Made by a program: the position numbers and the translations under genes. Positions 10,550-20,297 of a stretch of DNA of 64,000 nt are shown here, in pieces; the first letter of the stretch is position 1, and every line of letters starts with the position of its first letter. The notes under the pieces were generated by a model. The model made no database searches. It was given only the letters and a program-made list of their open reading frames with translations, and was not told the origin of the DNA. Origin of the DNA: Acidobacteriota bacterium (GTDB lineage: Bacteria; Acidobacteriota; UBA890; WLXD01); assembly GCA_965248695.1 (NCBI GenBank), contig CBDFKD010000002.1, positions 3,488,001 through 3,552,000 on the forward strand, read 5' to 3'.

Positions 10550-12313
10550 GTGCATGTTGGCGCAGCGTTGGTCGCGATCGCAGTGGTGGCAATGAGCATC
10601 ACCGGAAGTGAGTTCCCCGAGTTGGCCAGCTCAGAGACCGCCGGCGCTCAGGACCAGACGAGCACGAAAGGATCCGGGTACGACCGGCCGGCCCACACCC
10701 CGAAGGGCAGCCGATCAGAGGTGATCGCGCCACACGGCATGGTTGCGGCCAGCCAGCCGCTGGCGGCGCAGGTCGGTATCGACATCCTGAAGGCGGGCGG
10801 CAATGCCATCGACGCAGCGGTGGCGGTCAACGCCATGCTCGGGCTCGTCGAGCCACATATGAACGGCGTCGGCGGCGACCTCTTCGCCATTGTCTGGAAT
10901 GCCGCGGAACAGAAGCTCCACGCGCTCAACGGCACCGGTCGCTCTCCATACGCGCTCAGCCTGGGAGCGCTGCGCGATCGAGACCTCGATCACATACCGG
11001 TGACGGGGCTGGTGGCCTGGACCGTGCCCGGGGCAGTCGACGCCTGGGCGGAACTTCTCCAGCAGCACGGGACAATGACCCTCGCACAGGTGCTGGCGCC
11101 AGCGATCTCGTACGCGCGCGACGGCTTCCCGGTCAGCGAGATCATCGCCCGGCAGTGGCAGGCCGAGGAGGAACAACTGGCCAAGTGGCCCGACTCCGCC
11201 GCCACCTACCTTCCTGGTGGGCGCGCCCCGAGGAAGGGCGAGGTGTTCCGCAACCCCAACCTCGCCCGGGTGTACGAGGCAATCGGCAACGAAGGCCGGG
11301 ATGTCTTCTACGAAGGCGCGATCGCGGATCGTATCGTCGCGTTCAGCGAGGCCAACGAGGGCTATTTCGCCAAGCGCGACTTCGAGGAGCACACATCAAC
11401 CTGGGTCGAGCCCGTAGGCAGTAGTTACCGCGGCCACCAGGTGTGGGAGCTTCCACCAAACAGTCACGGCATCACCGCGCTGATGATGCTCAACATCCTC
11501 GAGGGCTACGACCTCTCGAGCCTGGGCCACAACAGCGCCGCCACGCTGCATCGAATGATCGAGACGAAGAAGCTCGCCTTTGCCGACCGCTCACACTACG
11601 TCGCGGATCCCGAGTTCAATGCGTTGCCGGTGGCGGGGCTGATCTCCAAGCCCTATGGCGCCAGCCGGCGCGCGCTGCTCGACGCCAGCCGCGCCGCGCT
11701 CACGGTCGCGCCCGGAGACCCTCTAGAGCACGGTGACACCGTGTATCTGTCGGTGGTCGACAAGGACCGCAACGCGGTATCGATGATCCAGAGCATCTTC
11801 GATTCGTTCGGCTCCCGGGTGGTACCGGGCGACCTGGGCTTCGCGATGCAGAACCGCGGGATCGGCTTCAGCCTCGAGCAGGGCCACCTGAACGTGCTCG
11901 AACCGCACAAACGCTCCCTGCACACGAACATGCCGGGGATGGTAACCGAGGACGGCGTTCCGTGGCTGACCTTCGGCGTGATGGGCGGCAATATGCAGCC
12001 ACAGGGTCACACCCAGGTGCTCGCCAACCTCATCGACTTCGGCATGAGCGTGCAGGAGGCCGGTGACGCGGCGCGCTGGCGCCACATGGGCGGTACCCCG
12101 CAGCCCGGCGAGGCGCCCACCGGCGGCACCGTGCTGGTGGAGAGCGGCGTCCCCGACGACGTCGTTGAGGCACTCGAAGCGATGGGCCACGTCATTCGCC
12201 GCGCCGGCGGCGGCGCCATGGGCGGCTACCAGGCGATCATGATCAACCCCGCCACCGGCATGCTGCACGGCGGCACCGACCCAAGAAAAGACGGCGCCGC
12301 CATCGGCTACTAG
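10550..12313 (+). CDS. ggt: Gamma-glutamyltransferase
   Basis: GGNAIDAAVA, GVGGDLF, GDTVYLSVVD (Thr nucleophile), MQNRG, GVMGGNMQPQGH, GGTDPRKDG. Confidence 0.95.
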   Translation: MHVGAALVAIAVVAMSITGSEFPELASSETAGAQDQTSTKGSGYDRPAHTPKGSRSEVIAPHGMVAASQPLAAQVGIDILKAGGNAIDAAVAVNAMLGLVEPHMNGVGGDLFAIVWNAAEQKLHALNGTGRSPYALSLGALRDRDLDHIPVTGLVAWTVPGAVDAWAELLQQHGTMTLAQVLAPAISYARDGFPVSEIIARQWQAEEEQLAKWPDSAATYLPGGRAPRKGEVFRNPNLARVYEAIGNEGRDVFYEGAIADRIVAFSEANEGYFAKRDFEEHTSTWVEPVGSSYRGHQVWELPPNSHGITALMMLNILEGYDLSSLGHNSAATLHRMIETKKLAFADRSHYVADPEFNALPVAGLISKPYGASRRALLDASRAALTVAPGDPLEHGDTVYLSVVDKDRNAVSMIQSIFDSFGSRVVPGDLGFAMQNRGIGFSLEQGHLNVLEPHKRSLHTNMPGMVTEDGVPWLTFGVMGGNMQPQGHTQVLANLIDFGMSVQEAGDAARWRHMGGTPQPGEAPTGGTVLVESGVPDDVVEALEAMGHVIRRAGGGAMGGYQAIMINPATGMLHGGTDPRKDGAAIGY

Positions 12314-12336
12314 GCCCACAGCGAGCTGTTACTCGC

Positions 12337-12460
12337 GCGAATAGGGTGCAGCGACGAGCACGCGGCGCGGGGGCCAAGGCGCGCCGACGCGACGTATTGC
12401 TACGTCAAGGAGGCGCAACGCCGGCCATCGCGTCGCGGACCGACGCTGTGCCCTATTCGC
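12337..12460. repeat. Structured inverted-repeat element (REP/MITE-like) between convergent genes
   Basis: GCGAATAGGGTGCAGCG (12337-12353) and CGCTGTGCCCTATTCGC (12444-12460) match 15/17 as inverted repeats; internal hairpin GACGTA-TTGC-TACGTC (12391-12406). Confidence 0.6.
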
Positions 12461-13361
12461 CGGCGAGACCGCGATAGACGACTGTAAGGAAGCGATCGGG
12501 CGACATGAAGCCACCGCCCCAAGTGTCGTCGTACTCGGCCATCGGACGCGCCGCGATGATCTCCTCGAGGCTCATGCCATCGTTGATCATCGTGCCGACG
12601 CGGTCGCGCGCCATCACCACCACGTCGCGGAACTTGCGCAGATCGGCCCCTGTGGCGAGCGTTCCGTGGCCGGGAATGATCTTGGTGTCGGAATCGATTC
12701 TCGCCAGCACGCGCCGAGCCGTGGCGATCATGCCGTCGACGTGGCCGCCCGAATCGACGTCGATGTACGGGTAGCGCTCGTTGAAGAAATTGTCGCCCAT
12801 GTGCACGACGTTGGCATCCTTGAACCAGACGATGGAATCCCCGTCGGTGTGCGCCCTTCTGACGTGCTCGACGCGAATGGTCTCGGCGTTCCAGTAAAAA
12901 GTTGCCGTAGAGCTGAACGTCACTACCGGCAGCGCCGCCGCCGGCGCCTGCTCGGAGCTCCCCATGACCTCGCCAAACTGCGCCGGGTTCATACGCTTGC
13001 GCACATTGTCGTGCGCCACGATCATGGCGCCGCCACCACCAAAGGCCTCGTTGCCGCCGGTGTGATCGCCGTGCCAGTGGGTGTTGACCACGAACTTGAC
13101 GTCGGTGTCGCTCACCGCGGCGATGGCCGCCCGGATCTTTTCGTTCAGTGGCGCGAACTGATCGTCGATCACGAACGCACCGTCCTCCCCGACGCTCAGA
13201 CCAATGTTGCCGCCGGCACCCATGAGCATGTAGACGCCGTCGGCCACTTCGATGGTTTCGATCTCGACGGCACTGAAGTCCTGCTGAGCGGAGAGCTCGG
13301 TGGCAACCGACCCGAATGCGAACGCGATGGCAACAGCTACGACGGCGTGACGGAGTTTCAT
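12453..13361 (-). CDS. Exported MBL-fold metallo-hydrolase (cyclase-like subgroup)
   Basis: Signal peptide; GAGGNIG, NTHWHGDHTGGN, AHTDGD, HMGD, IPGHG. Confidence 0.92.
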   Translation of the reverse strand: MKLRHAVVAVAIAFAFGSVATELSAQQDFSAVEIETIEVADGVYMLMGAGGNIGLSVGEDGAFVIDDQFAPLNEKIRAAIAAVSDTDVKFVVNTHWHGDHTGGNEAFGGGGAMIVAHDNVRKRMNPAQFGEVMGSSEQAPAAALPVVTFSSTATFYWNAETIRVEHVRRAHTDGDSIVWFKDANVVHMGDNFFNERYPYIDVDSGGHVDGMIATARRVLARIDSDTKIIPGHGTLATGADLRKFRDVVVMARDRVGTMINDGMSLEEIIAARPMAEYDDTWGGGFMSPDRFLTVVYRGLAGE

Positions 13362-13517
13362 CGATCAGGCTCCTGCGATAGGCGGCAAGCTATAGGCAGC
13401 ACAGGGTGGGCGTCGAAACGGTAGGGTAGCGACCTTAGCGGCGTGATCGTCGGCCGGCAAGGCGCCAACGGTCCTATAATTCAGCACGTGACCGTCGAAC
13501 GCCTGCCGGAGAGACAC

Positions 13518-15293
13518 ATGGCAACTTCCCTCAACCGACGCGCGCCGTTGCACAGCCCGGCCGTAGCCGGCGTGCTCGCGCTGGCGAGCTTGATCTCGAC
13601 CACCCAGGCTGTCGCCACCCCGTCGTACGAGGCTGCCGCAGCTCAGTCGTACGAGGCCGCCATGGTCGTGGTCCTGGATGCCTCCGGCAGCATGAAGGAG
13701 CAGGTCGAGGGAGGCGTCAAGCGTGACCTCGCACAGCGGGGTCTGCTGCGAACGCTGGCCGGGCTGCCCGAGGGAACTGCGGTGGCACTGCGTCTGCTGG
13801 GCGAGGGGCCCGGCGACGACGAGTGTGGCGCCTCCACGCTGGCCGTCCCGTTCGCCGCCTTCGAGCCGCGACAGTGGCGCGAGTCGATGGGGTCGATCGG
13901 CTGGGACGGCGCCACGCCGCTGGTGCTCAGCATGCGTCAGGGACTCGAAGATCTCCGCCGGGTGAGCGCCCGACGCAAGGAGATGCTCATCATCGGCGAC
14001 GGCGAGGAGACCTGCGGCGAGGATCCCGTCGGTGTCGCGCGCGCCGAGGCCGACGGTATCCGCATCCACACCATCAGCCTCGGTGAGCGCGTCTCGCACC
14101 AGCTCGCCGGCATCGCGCTGGTAACCGGGGGCACCTACACGCGGGCGTTCGACGAGACCAGCTTCGAAGCCGCCACTGTCGAGGCATTACCGACCGAGCT
14201 CGGCCTGCCGTTGGACGGCGGCTTGCCGATCGACGGATCGCTCGGTGGCGGCGCCGGCGCGGCCTCAGGCGGCGCGGGGGCACAGCTGCAGGTGATTCTC
14301 GACGTCAGCAACAGCATGTGGGGACAGATCGACGGTCGGGTGAAGATGGAGTTGGCGCGAGAAGCACTGAACGGAGCACTGGGGGATGTGCCGCCGACCC
14401 TGCCGGTCGGTATGCGCGCCTACGGCCACCGCGTCACCTACGACAACAAGGAGGCCGGGTGCCAGGATACCGAACTGCTGATCGCCCCCGAGCCCGGCAG
14501 CGCCGAGCGCATCCTGGCGCACGCCGCGGCGCTGCAGCCGCGAGGCCAGACTCCCCTGGCGCTCAGCCTGCGTGCCGCCGCAGATGATCTGAGCGACGGA
14601 GGCGGCGGCGTGCTGCTGTTGATCAGCGACGGCATCGAGTCGTGCGGCGGTGATCCGGTGGCGGTCGCCGAAGAGCTGCGTGCCAGCGGGATACCGATCA
14701 TGATCCATGCCGTCGGTCTGGGTGTGGATGCGCAGGCGGCCGATGCGCTGTCGAGCCTCGCCAGCGCCGGCGGCGGCGACTACTTCGATGCCCCCAGCGC
14801 TGAGCAACTGTTCCAGGGCGTCGGCACGGCGGTGCGCGCGACCACCGAGTTCATCCTCGCCGGCGGCGAGGAGTCGGGCTTTCCGGCGCCGATCACGCGC
14901 CTCGGCGGCGGCGACAACGTGGCCACTGCGGAGGAGATAGGGCACGGCATCTACAGCTTCAGCGAGCACCTGTTCCGCGACGAGCGCTACTTCGCTGTAC
15001 GTGGCGAGCCCGGGGAGCAACTCGTTCTCGCGGGAATGGTCTGCGCTCTGGCCATCGGCCGGACGCGCGACGGCGACACCACGTTCATGGGCTCCCCGTC
15101 GATGATGATGGCGCAGCGAATCGACGCCGCCGGAGAACGCTTGCGGGGTCGTAGCCTGACGGTTCGAGGCGACATGGGCGAGTGGCGCGAGATGGAAATG
15201 ACCGTCCAGGACGATGGCTGGGCCCGCTTTCGTATCGGCCGCCCACAGGGCAACGTCCACCGCGACATGGTATTCCGTGTGTCGCCGAAGTAA
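13518..15293 (+). CDS. Exported protein with two vWA domains
   Basis: MIDAS motifs LDASGSM and LDVSNSM, GATPL/GQTPL, GDGEETCGEDP/SDGIESCGGDP; TATAAT at 13475-13480 upstream. Confidence 0.88.
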   Translation: MATSLNRRAPLHSPAVAGVLALASLISTTQAVATPSYEAAAAQSYEAAMVVVLDASGSMKEQVEGGVKRDLAQRGLLRTLAGLPEGTAVALRLLGEGPGDDECGASTLAVPFAAFEPRQWRESMGSIGWDGATPLVLSMRQGLEDLRRVSARRKEMLIIGDGEETCGEDPVGVARAEADGIRIHTISLGERVSHQLAGIALVTGGTYTRAFDETSFEAATVEALPTELGLPLDGGLPIDGSLGGGAGAASGGAGAQLQVILDVSNSMWGQIDGRVKMELAREALNGALGDVPPTLPVGMRAYGHRVTYDNKEAGCQDTELLIAPEPGSAERILAHAAALQPRGQTPLALSLRAAADDLSDGGGGVLLLISDGIESCGGDPVAVAEELRASGIPIMIHAVGLGVDAQAADALSSLASAGGGDYFDAPSAEQLFQGVGTAVRATTEFILAGGEESGFPAPITRLGGGDNVATAEEIGHGIYSFSEHLFRDERYFAVRGEPGEQLVLAGMVCALAIGRTRDGDTTFMGSPSMMMAQRIDAAGERLRGRSLTVRGDMGEWREMEMTVQDDGWARFRIGRPQGNVHRDMVFRVSPK

Positions 15294-15323
15294 CCCCACG
15301 ACTCGATCGAGGAGAAACGCACG

Positions 15324-16202
15324 ATGACCCGACACAAGTTGCTGAGCCTGACAATCGGCTTGATTCTCCTGGTGGGGCTGGGCATCGCCGCCGGTCAGCA
15401 GAACGATCGCGAGGCACGCACGCAGCGCGAGCTCGCCATGGAGAGCCCGATCGAGGCGCTCGATTCCGTCTGGACCGAGGAGCTCACCTGGATCGAGATC
15501 CGCGACGCAATGACGGCCGGCAAGAGGACCGCCATTGTTACCACCGGTGGCATCGAGCAGAACGGGCCCTACGTTGCCACCGGCAAGCACAACTACGAGC
15601 TGATGGGCATGTGCGAGCGCATCGCCCGCGCGCTCGGCGATGCGCTGTGCGCACCGATCATCAAGATGGTGCCCGAAGGGGATATCGATCCGCCCACTGG
15701 CCACATGCGATACCCGGGCACGATCAGCGTGCGCCAGGAGACCTTCGAGATGATGCTCGACGATGCCGCCTCGAGCCTACGGACACACGGCTTCGACAGC
15801 ATCCTGTTTCTCGGCGCCAGCGGCGGCAATCAAGACGGTATGAGCAACGTGGCCGGGCGAGTCAACGCGCGCTGGGGCGAGTCGAGAGTTCACTTCATCC
15901 CGGAGTTCTATGACAACGACGGGGTCATCGCCTACATGGCCGACGAGTTCGGCATCGTCGAGGAGAGCGAGGGATACCACGACTTCTTCTGGGCCACCGC
16001 GATGCAGATGACCGTCGATCCCGAAAGCGTGCGCTACGAGCAGCGCGTGAAGGCCGGCAAGGCGAGCATCAACGGTCAGAGCATCGCCGATCTGGAGGCC
16101 ACGATCGCCATCGGTGACAAGCTCATGCAGTTCCGTGTCGAGCGAACCGTGAAGGCAATCCACGCCGCCATCGCGGCATCGCGGGCAACCGATCGGCCCT
16201 GA
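15324..16202 (+). CDS. Creatininase-family protein, exported
   Basis: Signal peptide; EELTWIEIRDA, TGGIEQNGPY, YPGTISV, SGGNQ. Confidence 0.88.
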   Translation: MTRHKLLSLTIGLILLVGLGIAAGQQNDREARTQRELAMESPIEALDSVWTEELTWIEIRDAMTAGKRTAIVTTGGIEQNGPYVATGKHNYELMGMCERIARALGDALCAPIIKMVPEGDIDPPTGHMRYPGTISVRQETFEMMLDDAASSLRTHGFDSILFLGASGGNQDGMSNVAGRVNARWGESRVHFIPEFYDNDGVIAYMADEFGIVEESEGYHDFFWATAMQMTVDPESVRYEQRVKAGKASINGQSIADLEATIAIGDKLMQFRVERTVKAIHAAIAASRATDRP

Positions 16203-16373
16203 TCCCGACCGTCGGGACAGCGGCTGCCAGAGAGGGTGCGGGGGATCTCTTTCTCCTGCCTGGGCAGAGCGTATAGACAGCCTTATACTGCACCGAAGGG
16301 CTCCCCGGAGGCTGGCGAACTCCGTGCGCTCATCGGTTCGATCGAGCCTGTTTTTCGCAGTGGAGAGATTCGA

Positions 16374-18824
16374 ATGAAGCGGTCCTTGCTGTATCTCGCC
16401 GCCATCGGCCTCGCCGGCCTTGGGGCGACGGCAGGAACCGGTCTGGCGCAGCAGCCGGCGACGCACACGACCTCGGCAGAGGCCGGGAACCCGGGGCGCG
16501 CGGCAACCGCATATCAGGAGCAGAACCAGGTCATCGGCCGTTTCTGCCTGCGGTGCCACAACGACAGCTCGATGCGCGGCGGCCTGAGCCTGGAATCGTT
16601 CGACGTCGGCCAGGCGCACGAGAGTGCCGAGATCGCCGAGAAGATGATCCGCAAGCTGGAAGCGGGAATGATGCCCGCGCTCCCGGCGCAGCGCCCCGAC
16701 GACGAAACCTTGACGGCGCTGGTCGCCGCCCTCGCTTCTCGAGTCGACGACGCTGCCGCCGCCAACCCGAACCCGGGCGGGCGCACGTTCCAGCGACTGA
16801 ACCGGGTTGAGTACGAGCGTTCCGTACGCGATCTGCTCGAGCTCGACATCGACGCCGGCGCCTACTTGCCGCCGGACCCACTGAGCGCCGGCTTCGACAA
16901 TATCGCCGACGTCCAGGGCCTCTCGGCAACCGTGATGGAAGGCTACCTGTCGGCCGCAGCCGAGATCAGCCGTCTGGCGGTGGGAGACCCTACCGCTGCG
17001 GTGGCCGAGACCAAGTACACGATGTCACGCTACACATCGCAGCGCGAGCGGGTCGAAGGCGCGCCCTACGGCACCCGCGGCGGGCTGTCGGTAGTCCACA
17101 ACTTCCCGGCCGACGGCGAGTACATCGTCACCATCACGGTCTTTGACTCGCCGGAAGGACTGCTGTTCGGCAAGGCGCTCCACCACCAGGAAGAGGTCGA
17201 GATCTCGGTCAATGGCGAGCGCGCCGCGTTGCTCGCTATTGACCGATTCATGGACCCCGACAACCAGAGCCTGTCCACCCCGCCGGTGTCCATCCGCGCC
17301 GGAGCGCAGCGCGTCTCGGTGGCGTTCATACAGCGGTCGGAGGGACCCGATGTCGATCTGATGTCGCCGCACGAGTGGAGCCTGTCGGATCGCTCGATCG
17401 GCTCGGTTCACGGGATCACCAGCCTCGTCCATCTGCAGAGCGCTGCGATCATCGGGCCGCACAACCCCACCGGCGTCTCCGCGACGCCGAGCCGCAGGCG
17501 CATCTTCACCTGCCGGCCGACATCGCCCGACGAGGAAGCACCGTGCGCCGAGGCAATCATCTCGCGGCTGGCGACGCAGGCCTACCGTCGCCCCACGACC
17601 GAGCGTGACCTCGCCGGGCTGATTTCCTTTTACCGCAAGGGCACGGCCAGCGGCGGATTCGAGGCCGGCGTCCGTGCGGCGCTCGAGGCCCTGCTGTCGA
17701 GCCCGCATTTCGTGTTGCGATTCGAAGCCCCGGCCGACGGCCAGACGAATGGTCCCGCCAACCGGATCAGCGACCTGGCGCTGGCCTCACGCCTGTCCTT
17801 CTTCCTCTGGGGGGCGGCGCCGGACGAGGAGCTGATGACGCTGGCGCGCGACAACCAGCTGTCGGGCGACTCCGAGCTCGAAGCGCAGGTACGCAGGATG
17901 CTCGACGATCCGCGCGCCGCGGCCTTGGGAACGCGGTTCGCAGCTCAGTGGCTCCGACTGCAAGATCTCGACAAGGTGCACCCCGATGCCCTGATGTTCC
18001 CGGACTTCCACGAGGAGCTCGCCGCGGCCATGCGGCGCGAGACCGAGCTGTTCTTCAACAGCCTCGTGCAGGACGATCGTAGCGTCCTCGATCTCTTGCT
18101 GGCCGACTACACGTTCGTGAACGATCGCTTGGCACGGCACTACGGCATCCCGGAGATCAGTGGAGACCACTTCCGGCGGGTGCAGGTCCCCGACCCGGAG
18201 CGCCGCGGACTCCTGGGCCACGGCAGCATCCTGACGTTGACCTCGCACGCCGAGAGAACATCACCGGTGCTGCGCGGCAAGTGGGTATTGTCCGTGTTGC
18301 TCGGAAGCCCGCCGCCGCCGCCGCCGCCCGACGTGCCCGAGCTGGATGCAACCGCCGCGGTCGCCGACGGCCGTGAGCTCACCGTGCGCGAGCGCCTGGA
18401 GCAGCACCGCGCCAACCCGGCGTGTGCCAGCTGCCACCGAGCGATCGATCCGATCGGCCTGGCGCTGGAGAACTTCGATGTCACGGGGGCCTGGCGTACC
18501 CGCGACGCCGGCAACCCGGTGGACACGTCGGGCAGCCTGTACGACGGAACCTCCTTGACGAGCCCTTCGGACCTCCGCTCGGCATTGCTTAAGTACTCGC
18601 CGGCGCTGATCACGACCTTCACCGAGAACCTCATGGCATATGGACTTGGACGCCGGGTCGAGTACCCTGATATGCCACAGATCCGCGCCATAGTTCGCGC
18701 GGCATCGCACCACGACTACAACCTGTCGTCGTTCATCTTGGGGGTGGCGACAAGCCCGGCTTTCCGCAGCAACAATGAAGTTCAACCAGTTGACGTAGCC
18801 GCGGATCGCGACGAGATCAGCTGA
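16374..18824 (+). CDS. DUF1592/1587/1595/1588/1585 (PSD-type) protein with c-type heme motifs
   Basis: Signal peptide; CLRCH and CASCH; RLNRVEYERSVRDL, LASRLSFFLW..PD, TSPVLRGKWVL, GLALENFD; TATACT at 16284-16289 upstream. Confidence 0.92.
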   Translation: MKRSLLYLAAIGLAGLGATAGTGLAQQPATHTTSAEAGNPGRAATAYQEQNQVIGRFCLRCHNDSSMRGGLSLESFDVGQAHESAEIAEKMIRKLEAGMMPALPAQRPDDETLTALVAALASRVDDAAAANPNPGGRTFQRLNRVEYERSVRDLLELDIDAGAYLPPDPLSAGFDNIADVQGLSATVMEGYLSAAAEISRLAVGDPTAAVAETKYTMSRYTSQRERVEGAPYGTRGGLSVVHNFPADGEYIVTITVFDSPEGLLFGKALHHQEEVEISVNGERAALLAIDRFMDPDNQSLSTPPVSIRAGAQRVSVAFIQRSEGPDVDLMSPHEWSLSDRSIGSVHGITSLVHLQSAAIIGPHNPTGVSATPSRRRIFTCRPTSPDEEAPCAEAIISRLATQAYRRPTTERDLAGLISFYRKGTASGGFEAGVRAALEALLSSPHFVLRFEAPADGQTNGPANRISDLALASRLSFFLWGAAPDEELMTLARDNQLSGDSELEAQVRRMLDDPRAAALGTRFAAQWLRLQDLDKVHPDALMFPDFHEELAAAMRRETELFFNSLVQDDRSVLDLLLADYTFVNDRLARHYGIPEISGDHFRRVQVPDPERRGLLGHGSILTLTSHAERTSPVLRGKWVLSVLLGSPPPPPPPDVPELDATAAVADGRELTVRERLEQHRANPACASCHRAIDPIGLALENFDVTGAWRTRDAGNPVDTSGSLYDGTSLTSPSDLRSALLKYSPALITTFTENLMAYGLGRRVEYPDMPQIRAIVRAASHHDYNLSSFILGVATSPAFRSNNEVQPVDVAADRDEIS

Positions 18825-18875
18825 GCCTCCGGAGCTCGACGCGATTCCGTCGCCACGCGGCGAGGAAACGAACCG

Positions 18876-20267
18876 ATGTACATCACGCAGAAGGCGATGC
18901 CTCGCCGAACCGTCTTGCGCGGTCTGGGCGCAACGGTGGCGCTCCCGCTCATGGACGCGATGGTTCCGGCTGGAACGGCGCTCGCGAAAGCGGCGGTGAA
19001 CACCAACGTCCCTCCGAAGCGACTGGTCTGCATCGAGATCGTTCACGGAGCTGCGGGTAGCAGCGCGTACGGCGCCACCAAGAATCTATGGGCGCCGGCG
19101 GCAACCGGACACGATTTCGATCTGAGCCCGACCTCGTTGAGCCCGCTGGATCCGTGGCGCAAGTACCTGACGATCGTCAGCGACACGGACTGCCAGCAGG
19201 CGGAGGCCTACGAGACCAAGGAGATCGGTGGCGATCACTATCGGTCGAGCGCCGTGTTCCTGACCCAGGCGCATCCGAAGCAGACCGAAGGATCGGACGT
19301 CATGGCCGGCGTTTCGATGGATCAGGTCCATGCGCAGCGATTCGGACAGGACAACCCGATCCCGTCGCTGCAGCTGTGCATCGAGAACGTCGATCAGGCC
19401 GGCGGCTGCGACTACGGGTACGCGTGCATCTACTCCGACACCATCAGCTGGGCAGCGCCGACCGAGCCGCTGCCGATGATCCGTGATCCGCGCGCCGTCT
19501 TCGACCGCCTCTTCGGGGCCGGTGGAACACCCGAGCAGCGTGCCGCCCGACGTGCCAGCAAGCGCAGCATCCTCGACTGGATCGCCGAGGAAGTCTCGCA
19601 TATCCAGCAGGCGTTCGGGGCCGGCGACCGGCGGCGGCTCGATCGCTACCTGACCAACATTCGTGAGATCGAGCGACGAATCCAGATAACCGAGGAGCGC
19701 AACAGCAGCGGCGAGCTACGTGAGTTGCCTGCCGCACCCGCCGGAGTGCCGGACTCCTTCACCGAGCACGTCGAGCTGATGTTCGACCTGCAGGCGATGG
19801 CGTTCGCCGCCGACCTGACACGCGTTTTCTCGCTCAAGCTAGGACGCGACGCTTCGGCCCGCGTGTTCCCGGAGAGCGGCGTGCCGGAGCCGTTCCACCG
19901 CACTTCGCACCATGGCGATGTCGCGGCAAACGTCGAGAAGTTCGCCCAGATCAACCGCTACCACGCGGGCAGGCTGCCGTACCTCCTCGACAGGTTGAAC
20001 ACCACGCTCGACGGCGACAGCCCACTGCTCGACAACACCATGGTCATATACGGCTCGCCGATGGGTGACCCCAACCTGCACAACCACAGGCGCTGTCCGC
20101 TGATCGTGCTCGGCGGCGCCAACACGCAGCCGCACGGCGACCTCCATATCCGCGCCGAGCCGGGTACGCCGATGGCGAACGTGATGCTGGAACTGCTCCA
20201 TCGGCTTGGGCACGACGACATGGAGAGCTTCGGCGACAGCACCGGGCAATTCTCCTACTCGGTCTGA
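18876..20267 (+). CDS. DUF1552 (HXXSHH) protein, Tat-like signal
   Basis: PRRTVLRGLGATVALPLMDAM, GGDH, SMDQ, HRTSHH, GSPMGDPNLHNH, final FGDSTG. Confidence 0.92.
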   Translation: MYITQKAMPRRTVLRGLGATVALPLMDAMVPAGTALAKAAVNTNVPPKRLVCIEIVHGAAGSSAYGATKNLWAPAATGHDFDLSPTSLSPLDPWRKYLTIVSDTDCQQAEAYETKEIGGDHYRSSAVFLTQAHPKQTEGSDVMAGVSMDQVHAQRFGQDNPIPSLQLCIENVDQAGGCDYGYACIYSDTISWAAPTEPLPMIRDPRAVFDRLFGAGGTPEQRAARRASKRSILDWIAEEVSHIQQAFGAGDRRRLDRYLTNIREIERRIQITEERNSSGELRELPAAPAGVPDSFTEHVELMFDLQAMAFAADLTRVFSLKLGRDASARVFPESGVPEPFHRTSHHGDVAANVEKFAQINRYHAGRLPYLLDRLNTTLDGDSPLLDNTMVIYGSPMGDPNLHNHRRCPLIVLGGANTQPHGDLHIRAEPGTPMANVMLELLHRLGHDDMESFGDSTGQFSYSV

Positions 20268-20297
20268 CGAGGACACCAAAGGCGGAGGACTGATTCG

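Noticed and set aside
8382-13361. Beta-lactam resistance locus (BlaI/BlaR + MBL)
   Set aside because: The M56 protein lacks a penicillin-binding sensor, and the MBL protein is of the cyclase-like subgroup, separately transcribed beyond ggt
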